Assembly (NCBI GenBank): GCA_963924565.1
Contig: OZ004612.1
Span: 23,560,001-23,624,000 of the forward strand
DNA length: 64,000 nt
DNA from: Ascidiella aspersa
Taxonomy: Eukaryota
Direction: 5' to 3'
The first letter of the stretch is position 1. Each line of letters begins with the position of its first letter. Below the pieces are notes generated by a model that saw nothing but the letters and a program-made list of their open reading frames with translations, had not been told where the DNA came from and did no database searches. The position numbers were made by a program, and so were the translations under genes. Below are positions 13,101 through 25,255 of the stretch, one piece after another.

Positions 13101-16100
13101 CCTCCAATAAACACTTTATTGAGTTCCGATGAACACCGGTACAAATTCACTGGCTTAAATTTAACCAGTAAATCAAACCTCTACAGTACACTCACCATGA
13201 AACATCCAATGAACGATCCGACCGACAAAAGGACGTAAGTCAGTGCCGCCATCCGCTGCGAAACCATCTTTTGACAGACGACGATCAAGCAGACGATCAC
13301 AAGTCCAGCTATCCAAGTTGCGGAAGAAACGACGTATTCGGAGACACCGCATCGCAAGTATTTCCAGGTTCCTGTTACAATTGCCTGCATACAGATTCAA
13401 TTTAGTGAATTATTTGAATTTTGTTGCTACATTTAAACAATAGCAGAATACTCTTGCAAAGCTATAATAATTCGGGTCAGACAGTTTTTTATAGCTTGGG
13501 TTAAGGTGATTTCCATTATCACATATTCGGTGCAACATTTAAACCAAATGGTAAAAAACGGAACCTATACGCAGGGCCGGATTAAGGGTACTGTAGGCCT
13601 AAGGCTATTTACCAGGGAAGGGCCTAATTTTGGAATCAAAGCTACAAAAAGTAGTAAAAATACATACATGAAATTGAAATTATTTATTGCAAAATAACAC
13701 AAACATAATATAAGAACATGTAATAAATATAATTAAGTGTCAACTCATAGTATAGGGTGAGATGTGGGACCAGTGGGTCACTTTTGACGTTTTTGCATCT
13801 GCAGGTTTTATTTGTGTCGTAAAATAGGATTTAGAGGTCGTAAAGTGAAGTTTAATCTACCCTTCAACATACCACAGTATTTAACTCTAAATTTAAGAAG
13901 ATAAAAAGTGTTTTTTTGGACTCCGCCGAGGTATTTTTTGTATTGGACTCTGTTATGTCACTACATACTCCGAGATGATTCCTAGATTTCTATTTTAATA
14001 ATGCGTTAAATTATTTGCCAAATACGATGTGCATAACCTAGCTGAATATTTGCCTAACAGTTGACCTTGACTAACCCCGTGGCATACCTTGCGCGTTTCA
14101 CGATGGAATGATCTTTTGCAAGTTCTTTAAGGAAATTGGAAATTTATGCACCAGGCATTAGAAGTTAGTTGCTTGCCCACCAGCATTTGACGGAAAAGAT
14201 TAGGCGAATGTTATCGTCAAGTAATTGGCTGCCCGAAAAAACGCTGACGCCGCACTACACGTCTACATATATAAAGCAGCACAGTAATTCGTTCGCCACA
14301 GCGACAGGCCTTGGTCTGGCGCAAACGCTAGCGTCGACCAGTTCACACTTGAAGGGTTGTCAGCGTTAAGCAAATTTCCTTGCTCCGAGCCGAAAGCGTC
14401 AAATGTGAACAGTTCCAACTTCCGCAACCGAAATTTTAAAACATTAACGCCAGACGCGTCTAGTATGAACGAACCTTATGAATGATATCATAGACATTCA
14501 AACCTCTAACAAAATCACTATCTCTGCTCGAAAAGGACCCCAGCCATAAGACCGAAATAAGAATAACATGAACGTCGCAATAAAACACACTTCTGAATAA
14601 GACCAAAATAGGACCAATAACTAATAGTCGTAGTACCGTCTAAATTGAAAATTGAAGTCTAAAACCCGGCAGAATGAGACCTAAATGGCCAGAATCAGGC
14701 CTAAACAACATCACTAACTCCCCTAATCATTTTAGCCCCTACCCATTTTCTAAACCCCACCCACCGATAACCCCAAACAGCGCCAAAAATCCAATGCAAA
14801 AACAGCGGCGCTCTAAAGGCCGGTCAAACTAAGGCGTCCAAACGTCGACACCCAAACGGCCCATGCCAAACCTAACACAGTGGCCGATCGAGACATACCC
14901 TTTACCTGCAGTTTCAGGCATTTTTTTTGCCATTTAGGCAATATTGCGATGAAAACGTATTTTGACAGATTTAGGTCTTATTCAAACGATTTTGATTTTA
15001 TTCTGTACTGGGCGGTAACTTGCGTATTTAGCTTATTATGTCATTGGTCTTAATGCTATGAGTTCATAGATTTTTCTGCTTTAGGTATTGTTGCTTTTTA
15101 AGTTTTATTGTGTGTTCCCTTTAAAAGTGATAGCACAGAACGTTACATAGTTCCTAACTCGTTTGCAGCATCGATGAAACGATAAGGCACATGTTGACTC
15201 GACTCAGTCATTCGTTTTTAAGCAAAAACCGTACTGTACCGGTACTGGATCTGTAGCACTATCAGCCTTACAAAAATTTAACCTTAAAAAATTGAGGGCC
15301 GAGTTTTTCCAGGGCCTAAGGCTATAGACTTATTAGCCTATTGGTTAGTCCGGCCCTGCCTATACGAATAGGATATCCCACGTATTTGCCATTTGTATCT
15401 GGGATAGGGGCATCATTTGCGATTTGATGTAGAGCAAATCAAAGGTAAATATATCAAAAGAAGTAGATTTATAACTGGAAACAACTAAACTTGTTGACGT
15501 CTAAGCAAAATTCGGCCTAATAGCCACGTAAAAAAACCTTTGGACTTTATTGAATCGCGATTTTTACATATAGTTATTCCTACAAGTCAGCGAGACCAGT
15601 TATAGCCAAAACATGTAATAAATCGCAAACTTTGACGTCCTACCGTCACGAAAACAACAGTGCAGAGATGGTCGATGAACAGCACAACGTCCTGAGCCAA
15701 ACAGGCGTTTTGCGAGGGCGCTACGTCACCGCTGGTCCACAAAGTGTCGAAGAGGAACAGTGGAAATGTCAGCAGGAACAACCCGTTGACTACAGCCAGG
15801 CTAAATGCGTACCTGTAATTGAAACAAAGCTTTGTCGGTTATATTTAGGACTTACTTGACTATTTGTGAATTAATCGTGGAAGAATATTTGTTTGAAACA
15901 ACCGGTGGGCACTTTAATTAACACCGGGTGACTTTAATCATCACCACGTAATAACTTAGCTAACAATATATCTAAAGGTAGGGGTGAAGTCGAATATTTT
16001 CATCAACAAAACGCATAATATACAATTTCAGAGATGACGTTATAAAGTTACGTCATAACAGCACGTCTAAAACAAATAGGCTAACTCTACGAAACCTGGG

Positions 16101-18319
16101 GTTATCGTTCGGGCTCGTGCAAAAATATGAAACTAAAATCTTAGTGTAAATACAGCCAAGGAGATGGCGGAATGGCCCAGTGAAAATAGGACATGTCTTG
16201 GTGACAAAAATAACATTGCTTTAATAATTATTTTACAGGTTCACCGTTTCGTCTTACGCTCACCACTGACTCAGTTGTCAACACGTAAACTCTAAGAAAA
16301 GATTAAGTTTTTAACAAAAATATTTCGGTTGTTGATTTATAGGGATTAATTTCGCTTTGTTATTCTACAATTTTGGGTTCAACGTTGCAGAATGTGTGGC
16401 GTACATTCAGGGAGGGACTAAGGTTTTCATGGACCTGGGGCTGTATGCTAGTCAGAGGCCTATTGGACTATTTACATTCTGTTTATTATTCCTACCACAA
16501 TTACTTAAAATAACATTGATTTATTCTCTTATGAACCAGATTCAATTAATATGTTTTATAGCTTTAGAATTTAGACAAGGCAAAGCTTGTCTTCGCATAG
16601 TATAGCTTCATGTTGTGAAGTAACAAACACGCACTGACGTCACAAGCTTATGGTCGAAAATATAAAAATAACATGATGAATATTTACTCTAACTACAGAA
16701 ACTATCTGGTATCAGAGGTGATATTGGATTACAACTTGACAGTTTTTTTTCAAAAAGATAACTTAAGTTGTTGCGGTGGGCCTATTTTTTTGGTGGGCCT
16801 GGGGCTGCAGCCCCCTCAGCCCCCGCCTTAATCCGCCCCTGCGTACATTACTAACTAAACGAAATATGGCATACCCTCGTCGTTTGCTAAACGAAGCGGT
16901 GGCTATATTTCCAACAAGGCCGATCAGAAGTAGGAGGATCGAAACTGATGTTGTGATCCAGTTGATTTGCAACTGTTGGGGTTTAAGAGTTACGTGTGTT
17001 GCAGTTGTTTCTACGACTGTAGATGTTGTTGTTGTTGTTGTTGTTTGGATGTCTGTTCCGTTCATCGGTTCACCTATAATGCGATAATTTAAACAGATGG
17101 TTTGGGTGACCGATTTTGGGTTTTGTTTAGATCGCAATAAAATGCAAACGCATACATCCGCTTAAGAAAGAAAAACCCACGCACACAATCCTGTACCATT
17201 TGCATTTCATCTCATTTTGCTAACAAATTTGATTCTGTTTCGGAAATATTAAAAAAACGGATTAATTTTAAAATCTGTAGAAATGTCTATATTGATACAA
17301 TGTTTGACTGGCGCCGATTCCATCGAGGTATTAAATGATAAAAATGCAATAATAATAGTTGGGTGTTAATCAGCGTTCCATATATCTGTTAAGGGTAAAT
17401 ATTCGATTATTATGGGACATTCTAAAAGGTATTAAGTGTACAATACCCATTCAAACCTTGTTTGCGTTGTTGAACATTGTCTTTCAAGCATGTCATTAAG
17501 AGATTTATAGGCTACTGTCTTTTCAAACATGTAATTAAAATCTAAAGGTTTGAAAATAAACGTTTAAATCCTGTATTTTTCATTTTGTTGGCATAAGCTC
17601 TATTCAGTTACAACTTATATGCAACTGAACATCGTTTCTCGGTTTCTTTTCATTGAGGCACATTTACGACATTAAAAAAACAAGTTATAAGGTTGTATGT
17701 AAAACGCGATTTTGTCAGTTGAAAACGGTGTTAATCTTATAGGCCGGGTTAATACTTTCATGTAAGGCACCAAATTCCGTCACAACGCTTCGAAATTTAA
17801 AGGCTTGAAAGCATGCGGAAGTAATAAGGCGTCCATTCAAGACCGCTCTCTCGAATATTGGAGTAATTTATGACTTCTTGCCGCACGCCAGTACTGCAAT
17901 AATATATCCAAGACCGCAAATGCCATAGCCTAGATGTGATGAAGGTTTCACCTTGTTGGAAAATGCCACGAACTACAGTTTTGCGACACATAAGTGTAAT
18001 GTGCGGTATTTCACCTATTCCACTATTTGCGCTTAACACAATAATGCCAATGCGTAATGCCTCAAAAGAGCTCTATTACAAGCTTCAATTATCACCTATC
18101 AGTTTTACAGCTAAAAATGAAACAACAACATAATATAAAACTACCAATTTTGTGAATTCTACATCAAACTCTAAAACGCAACATCTTATCGCGAAAGGAT
18201 CAAACCGATTAATATACATGGAAAGGCTTACTTGTCACATTTGAAGGTACATCTTGGTCCAAAGGATCGACGAAATCCAATGGATTGATGTCGGCAAAAT
18301 TGTAGTAAAAGTAACTCAT
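10168..18319 (-). CDS. Divergent/atypical class A GPCR (~335 aa), tandem paralog of the neighbouring peptide receptor
   Basis: Exons (minus): 18319-18232 (ATG), 17073-16875, 15812-15644, 13384-13196, 12513-12292, 10591-10480, 10196-10168 (TAG); 1008 nt, all GT-AG, phases consistent. Seven hydrophobic segments, including TM1 IGLVGN, TM2 YAFSLAVVN, TM3 Cys, TM4 W and TM7 LAYINAAFNPYF. Confidence 0.82.
11876..11974. mobile_element. Short hAT MITE
   Basis: Termini cagggtgg / ccaccctg with exact 8-bp TSD GCCTAGGC. Confidence 0.8.
13572..15358. mobile_element. Non-autonomous hAT element (1.8 kb, probably with nested insertions) in a GPCR intron
   Basis: TIR cagggccggattaa / ttagtccggccctg, subterminal ggcctaaggcta repeats and exact 8-bp TSD CCTATACG. 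Confidence 0.85.
16408..16841. mobile_element. hAT MITE
   Basis: Imperfect TIR cagggagggactaagg / ccttaatccgcccctg with exact 8-bp TSD CGTACATT. Confidence 0.85.
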
Positions 18320-18532
18320 CGCGGCTTTTTGTTTCGATCTACTGTGTCAGTTAACATAAGCTTCCACCAAACGCCTGTTTTTAAAGGGCCGTCAAAAGGA
18401 CATGGTTAGTTGGTTACACATAGTGAGTCAAGCCATGCCGCTCAGCATTCTGGCAACAAACTCACCCCTTTGCTACGAGACACATGCATAACACGTAAAC
18501 AAATTCGCGTCTGTCTGCACTGAAATATTTCA

Positions 18533-18843
18533 ACAACAGAGACCGCAATTCGGACTCGTAATTTTTTCAATCCCAAAGCGGAGGGCTTAACAACTGATTT
18601 GGTTCGAGCTGCGTTTATCTGCGTTAGCGCACGTCTGTGTGTCAACCGCTGCTTTACATCTTTTTCCGATTTTACGACTGTTTCCAACAATAAAGACTCG
18701 CTGAAGATTCGGACTCCCAATTTTTACCAATCCAAAAGCGGAGGGCTAAACAACTGTCTTATAGTTCGAACTGCGTTTATCTGCGTTAGCGCACGTCTGT
18801 GTGCTAACCGCTGCTTTCCTTTTTATTGATTTTACGACTGTTC
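18533..18843. repeat. Tandem duplication of a ~155-bp unit
   Basis: Two adjacent copies (~18533-18685 and ~18686-18843) share attcggactc...aaagcggagggct.aacaactg...gttcga.ctgcgtttatctgcgttagcgcacgtctgtgtg...gattttacgactgtt. Confidence 0.85.
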
Positions 18844-19136
18844 TTCCCTGTTCGCGTTTGCTTGGCCGATGTTTTTTATTGGCTTGTAATCAAGGCTTGC
18901 CTGTCCGCCAACGCAGCAAAATAGCCCGCTGCTGTACTGCGCAGTGCGACTCTTTCGGTTGCAGGTCGAGCCGACCACACAAAGGGCGTTTGGCATCGCG
19001 ACCCTTTGCCGAACGGAAAAAGGGGGCTGCAGCGCCAACTGAAAGTATGTCACTTGGAGGAAATTGCTCGAGCTTGGATCAAAGCTCGACCATTGCAGCA
19101 GAATTAAACTTTGCACCGCAGCAACTCACTCATGAC

Positions 19137-20573
19137 TAGAAGGGGATTATTTGTTGACCTAAAAATGAGTCATTTTGACCTAAAAAAATTAAAATTTTAA
19201 CAAATTTTATATTTTTCGATAAAATTTTAACCTATTAGAAATAAGTTGATTTAAACCAGGGGTCGGCAACCTTTTTGGCACTGCGGACCGGTTTAAAACT
19301 AAAATTTCGTCGCGGACCGGCCTTAAAAAACAACAAATGTTTAGGAAAGGAAATTTGTTACAACTTTCAATGCGAACTTTATGCTTGTTTTGCCGCAAAG
19401 AGATGGTCGCATCTACGAATCATTAAACTTACTGAAACCCACAGGCGGCATAAGGGCAGTCAAACAATTTAATTGAACCCAGCCCGTGGCTCATTTTAAT
19501 AAAACTTTTGGGCCTTTACGTTTTTTCTTAAATTACACTTGTATATCATTATTACCAATTCCTATATTCTTACCAGCTTGTCAAAATAAGGATATTTAAA
19601 GCATTCTTTCAAAAGAAGTCACACTTTTGTATAACATAGTCTATAATAATGTATGATTCCATTTCTGACCAGGCCCTACACGCCACTTTCAATAGTTAGC
19701 CTATGTAATATACAAACGAAAAAAAATGGCTATATGAAAAAGTAGAATGGCTTTTTTGACAACAAAATCATTTTTTACCGTGGTTGATGTCAGAAAAATC
19801 ATTAGGCTTTTTGGCCTTTTCGTCATTTTTAGAGTCCAAAACTATAGAGGCTAAAATTAATTAATAAACATACGTTTTTTTGAAACCTTTTCTGCCTAAA
19901 TATCAAAATAGTAAATTATTTCATTATGGGACATAGGCTAGTTTATAAACATGGCTTACATGAAAATCTATTGCACTTTAAGGGGAGTACGCTTAAAATT
20001 AAAACACATGACATTTTAGCCAATTTTTTGGTATATTGTAAGTACTAGAAGTTAGATTTTGTAACAAAAATATGCATTTTGGATTGAATTATTTTTGGAC
20101 TTTTTATCAGGTTTTTACGTACAGTTCGTGTTTAAACAAAAGTTTAATTTGACAACCCTGTTACGGACCGGTAGCCAACTCCTTGCGGACCGGCGTTTGC
20201 CGACCACTGATTTAAACAACATTGATTTAAACAACAAGTACTGCAGTATATTTTTGCGTCGTCAACCGCTTGTTTTAGATGTTTTACTGACTACCGGACG
20301 AACAAAAATCAGGTATTTTTTCTGGAATATGCAAAACTCATGTAAATGCTTATACTTAACATTTTTGTTATTTTAAAAAGACTAACAACTATAAAAATGC
20401 CCAAGAAAAACAAGACGCTGGTTATTTTAGAAAAAAAAAATAATTGCAGACTACAGTTTTTTAAAAACGATTTTTGTTATTTTTAATCGATTTTGATTTG
20501 AAATACGTTTGATTTAACGTGAAAATTTTACCAAATTTTTACTTTTTTGCCAAGTCAAATAATAATCGCCCTA
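19137..20573. mobile_element. hAT-like MITE (TAGGG terminus, ttttgac/gtcaaaa repeats) carrying a nested element; a related partial copy follows at ~20650-21071
   Basis: Termini tagaaggggattat / ataatcgcccta with TSD CTCATGAC/ATCATGAC (7/8 match). Confidence 0.65.
19257..20209. mobile_element. hAT (Buster-like) MITE nested in the previous element
   Basis: TIR caggggtcggcaa / ttgccgaccactg, subterminal gcggaccgg repeats and exact 8-bp TSD ATTTAAAC. Confidence 0.88.
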
Positions 20574-21314
20574 ATCATGACTCACCAAATAGATTTCCTA
20601 AAGTAAACACTACCAAGTCAAAAATTTATCTTGGGCCCTTACTTCATTTATGATTGATTTTGACTTGTCAAAAAAAGTCAAAATTTTGTCAAAATTTACA
20701 CGTTAGGTCAAAATTTGTCAAATTTTTTTAAGTCGAAATCGAATAAAATTGCACATAAATCGCTTACAAAATTAAAAAAAAAACTAAAGTCAGCTTTTTG
20801 AAATTGTTCGTTCGGTTATTTTGAAATTTATCTTTCATTTTATCAAAAAAAAAAATAGTTTTGATATAAGTTCAAAGTCATTTTAACCGTATTATTAGAG
20901 CAATATACAGTATAAAAAAGCGTGATTAACGACGCCTAGATTATTTAAAACAATGTATTTCTGACAAGTCAAAATTTTGTCAAAATAAATTATTTTCAGG
21001 TCAAAATTTGTCGAAATTTTAATTTTTCAGGTCAAAATTTCCCATTTTTTGGTCAAAAAATATTCGCCCTATTGATCATCTACTAGAATTATATGGCCCA
21101 AGTACGATATTATTTCGTTGTTCCTGCTTATATATGGGGCGTGCATGTTTCAAATGTTACATGGGCCCATATATGCGCCACACTTAAAACTTCTTAGCCA
21201 ACTTGATTCCTGTGTGATCAAGTGTGGTTCTTGTAATATTCTAACACTTATCTCACAAACTTCCACACTTTGCTACAAAAATCACTTTAGCTCGGTTGGC
21301 TTATAAGCCTATAC

Positions 21315-21472
21315 CAGTGTTTCTCTAACCTTTTGATATTAGTATTAATAAGTTTGAATCTAATTAATATGAGCCATGCATGTCATCGTTTTTTACCAAA
21401 ATTTGAGATTTGGGGAAAAAACATGTGAGAACTACTGTAGTCGGCGACCCACTATTGGGTTGAACAACACTG
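21315..21472. mobile_element. hAT MITE
   Basis: Termini cagtgtt / aacactg with TSD GCCTATAC/GCCTTTAC. Confidence 0.7.
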
Positions 21473-22212
21473 GCCTTTACAGACAGAGAAAATATGAACT
21501 TCATATTAACGACGGTTTTATCTATTCGTAACCTACTTCAGCTGGTTCTCAAACTTTCATAGCTGTGTAGCACTGATAATGACTTTTTATAGTCGTTGCG
21601 TGACACCGAACTTTAAACTGTAGCGTTTCGCTCAAAATGACTTATGTTTGTCATAATTTATTTAAAAATTAAACCCCGGCGTTAGTCCCAGATTCTAGAT
21701 TATGGGCCGGTTTATTGTGGTCAAGAAGGGCGGCCAATAAAAGAAAGGTAGGGCGGCCAAAATAACATAACACTTTCACTTTTTTTCACGAAAGACCTTA
21801 AATATGCTCGCTCACCTGCTATACGCGTTCCACATTGATAAACACTGACCTCAAAGGGGCCTGGAACTCTCGCAAAAGTCCCCGGAAACCGTGTGTAACG
21901 CATCGTAATAACGTCATCCATATTTAAGAAGCGTTTGTATGACGTGCATGTGCTATTAAACTAACTGTCAGACCCTCGCCATTACCTTTGCAGTGAACGT
22001 AACGGTTTACTTGAAATTTTGATGATCCTATATCGCTCTAAAACGTTTGCATGTGGGAAATACAGAAAAATAAAAATTAGCCGAGATAATTAGAAATAGG
22101 TATAAGTTTACCATACGTCGTGATTTTAGGCGCGATATTCCCTGTCACGGCTTCCAGATTAATAACCAAAATGTCCCGCTTTTTAGTCAGCCAACATTTT
22201 TATACATTATAC

Positions 22213-22399
22213 CAGTGGTTCCCACACTTTTTTAGCTCGCGGCACACTTAAAATATCTTAAATATTTCGCGGCACACTTTTAACAGAACAACAATAGAGT
22301 CACATTCGCCCTTTCCAAAATTACAAAAAGTTTCGCGGCACACTTGACAATCTCTCGAGGCACACTGATGTGCCGCTGCACACAGTTTGGGAATCACTG
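22213..22399. mobile_element. hAT MITE (gcggcacac repeats)
   Basis: TIR cagtggttccca / tgggaatcactg, four tcgcggcacact-like internal repeats and a degenerate TSD CATTATAC/CATTACAA. Confidence 0.75.
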
Positions 22400-23396
22400 C
22401 ATTACAAGGATATAAGTTTGTCGTGATTTCATCAAGTTAGCAAAACAGTCCAAAGTGTTACCTGATGTGCGTTCAATAACCTTTAAATGTAATTGTTACG
22501 TCCCTATGGCGTGTAATTGGTCCAGAGGTTGGGTTGATTGCTTATGCATTAGTTAATTATCAGTATTCTATAATATTCTACGGTGGGGGGGAGGTGTTGT
22601 GCAAAAATTCAAAACAATATTATACTATACTAATTGTAAAATAAAAAGAGTTCATTCCGTTGTAGATATTGTTGCTTTACGTCTTATTGTGCGTTTTTAT
22701 GGTAGTCTATTCAGGAGGAGGTATTCTTTTATGCAGTGTAAATTTAATCATAACCGGGATATAAGATGTCTATTGAACAATGTGCCGAAACAAATAAATT
22801 TAACAAAGATGAATTTTCACGACCGAACTGATTGACTTGTAAATTTGTCACAAAAAACACAAAACGTTTAGTCCTATGTTAAATTGCACAGTGCACATTC
22901 GCGCGAGAACTCAACTGTTAACAAATGGCCCTCTTTAAGTTACATTTTGGTGACATCACGCTAAGAAGTCTTTTTGTGACGTCATACTTGAATGAACACA
23001 GAAAATCCTATATCTAGTGACTGTTTGTTATCGTCCAGATATTAAGCCAAACAAATATGGTCGCCCTAGACCTAGCACAATACGGAAACTAAAGCCAATT
23101 AGTTTAAACGTAACTTACAAAAACTACTACAGGCTATAGGTGTATTGTAGCGCTTCCAACGTGTAGAATTGTAGGTTGTGCCCTACAGATGTAGGTCGCT
23201 GTATTATGATACATGACAATATTTTACTCACGTGTGAAGTAAGTAAATATTATACTGACATGTGAAGGTGATCGAAAAGAAAAATGTGTTTGTGATTTAT
23301 TTTGGGTTGCTGGTGTTCTATCACGTTAATTTATTTGAATAAAACGCAATTCAAAATTTTGACCGTAACAACAAATAATTAGCATGAAGCAGAAAG

Positions 23397-23920
23397 CAGA
23401 CTTGGACAACTAGATAATTCTAGTTTTCTAATTCATTGAATTAGAGCAAAATGCGTCTAATTCTAATTCTAATCTAATTTATGAATTGCCTGTGTGCTCT
23501 AATTCTATAGTTCTAATCTAGTTCGGATTTTTCCAAAGCTGCTACTTTGTCCAACGGCATTTTTAGTGACTCGGTTAAAACACAGAATTTCAATTAAAAC
23601 TCTTTAGTTGGAACGACTTGTATGTAATTTTTACAGTCTAAAAAGCAAAAAGGCCTAAAAATTAGCACACACATATTTACCATTCACATTCTTATAAGAA
23701 TACTTTGCGATTAAATTAAATTGGTTGTATGTGATTCTAGTTCAAATTCTAGTTGAAATTTGTTTTTTTAGGAATTCGGTAATTCTAATTCTAATCTAAT
23801 TTGAAAAAAATTAAAATAATCTAATTCTAATTCTAATCTAATTTAGAAAAACTAAAATGCTCTAATTTTAATTCTAATCTAATTTTAAAGAGCTAAAATA
23901 AATCTAGTTGTGTAAGTCTG
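23397..23920. mobile_element. MITE with TCTAAT internal repeats
   Basis: TIR cagactt..acaactagat / atctagttgt..aagtctg with exact 8-bp TSD GCAGAAAG. Confidence 0.85.
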
Positions 23921-25255
23921 GCAGAAAGCCTATTCATATATATAGAAATCGATTATCATGTAAATTTTCCGAGGTTTAAAAAGCAATAAAAATTAATAAC
24001 AGCACATGTATCTATAAATGACAAAACTGAAATTACCCTTATTTTTGTTTCTCAATTTTGTTTTACTTTTGAGAATGTTCATAGGCCTATCTCTCCTAAG
24101 ACACCAATAACAATCGGCCATCATAGTAATGTTCCCTCAGCTTGGTGTAGTAAATACCTCCATGTAACTAACTGATATCTGTTAATAAATAAAAGCCTAT
24201 TGTAATGCAATAATTGACTTTTTGTTTCCGCTTACATACTTTTGCTCTCTCCTGGAGAACGCCTTGCTCCCGTCCAGGCCAAAACTGTCATATTTATGGT
24301 CTCTTTTTCATTGATAGGCTACTCAGCGAGCATTTAAATGCAATAAACTAAACAAACAAACAGAGTTGAAATGCGGCAACCGCACCTTTTCTCCAGATTA
24401 ATATGTATTTTTTTCATGATGAAAACGCTCAGCTTGCTCTCCACTTTAATTTAAGGAAAGTAATTTAAATGGCTGTACACAATCAGGTGATTTAGTATTA
24501 ACAAAACACCTGGCTAAAGCAATCAAACCTTTTTTTATTTTGAATCATTGTTTTGATATATTCCTTGTCTTTCATTAGTTTTCTTATTTTGGTCCATCTA
24601 TTAGACAAAAATCGTACTTGAATTATACACAAAGAGTTGTCTCGACAGGCTTACCAATAGTCGGACTCGGGACTCAACGGATTCAGTTTTTTTTTTTGCT
24701 GGAGTCGGACTCAGGACTCGAGTATGACTATGTAAAACTACCCGAGAAAGGAAGTTTTCAGGTTTATTATGATAAAATTTGCTTGACTAAAATAAATTTG
24801 GTTACCGCCAGTAGTTAACCAACTTTTTTCGGACAAAATCATCTTCAAAGTAGAAATCGATGTACCATTTGATAGCAAATCTCCCCTCGGTCTAATATTA
24901 TCGCAATTCCCTAATTGAAAGTTTTTAAATCGTTCAAGTCACAGTTTTTGAAATATGTATATAGCTTGTGTTGTGACACAGCTTCCATTGCAATAAAGTT
25001 TTGCTATGTAAATGTAATTCGCTATATAATCGCAACATCACGAACTTATTAAGTAAGATGAAATACAAGTTTAGGCCTGTTTGGTTCATGTTTCTTAAGT
25101 TATATATTTTTCTAAAATGCGGCGTTTTATTGAGAGGATTCACATTTTTATTTAGGTGATTTAACAATGTCGGTATGATAGTAAATTAGATTAATTACAA
25201 CAATAGGTACTTATATAAATATTTACACCATATTGCTATCTAATCAAAATAAATA

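Noticed and set aside
18533-18843. Repeat unit as a tRNA gene or CRISPR-like array
   Set aside because: No cloverleaf or clear A box, only two units, no repeat-spacer structure, and a eukaryotic context.
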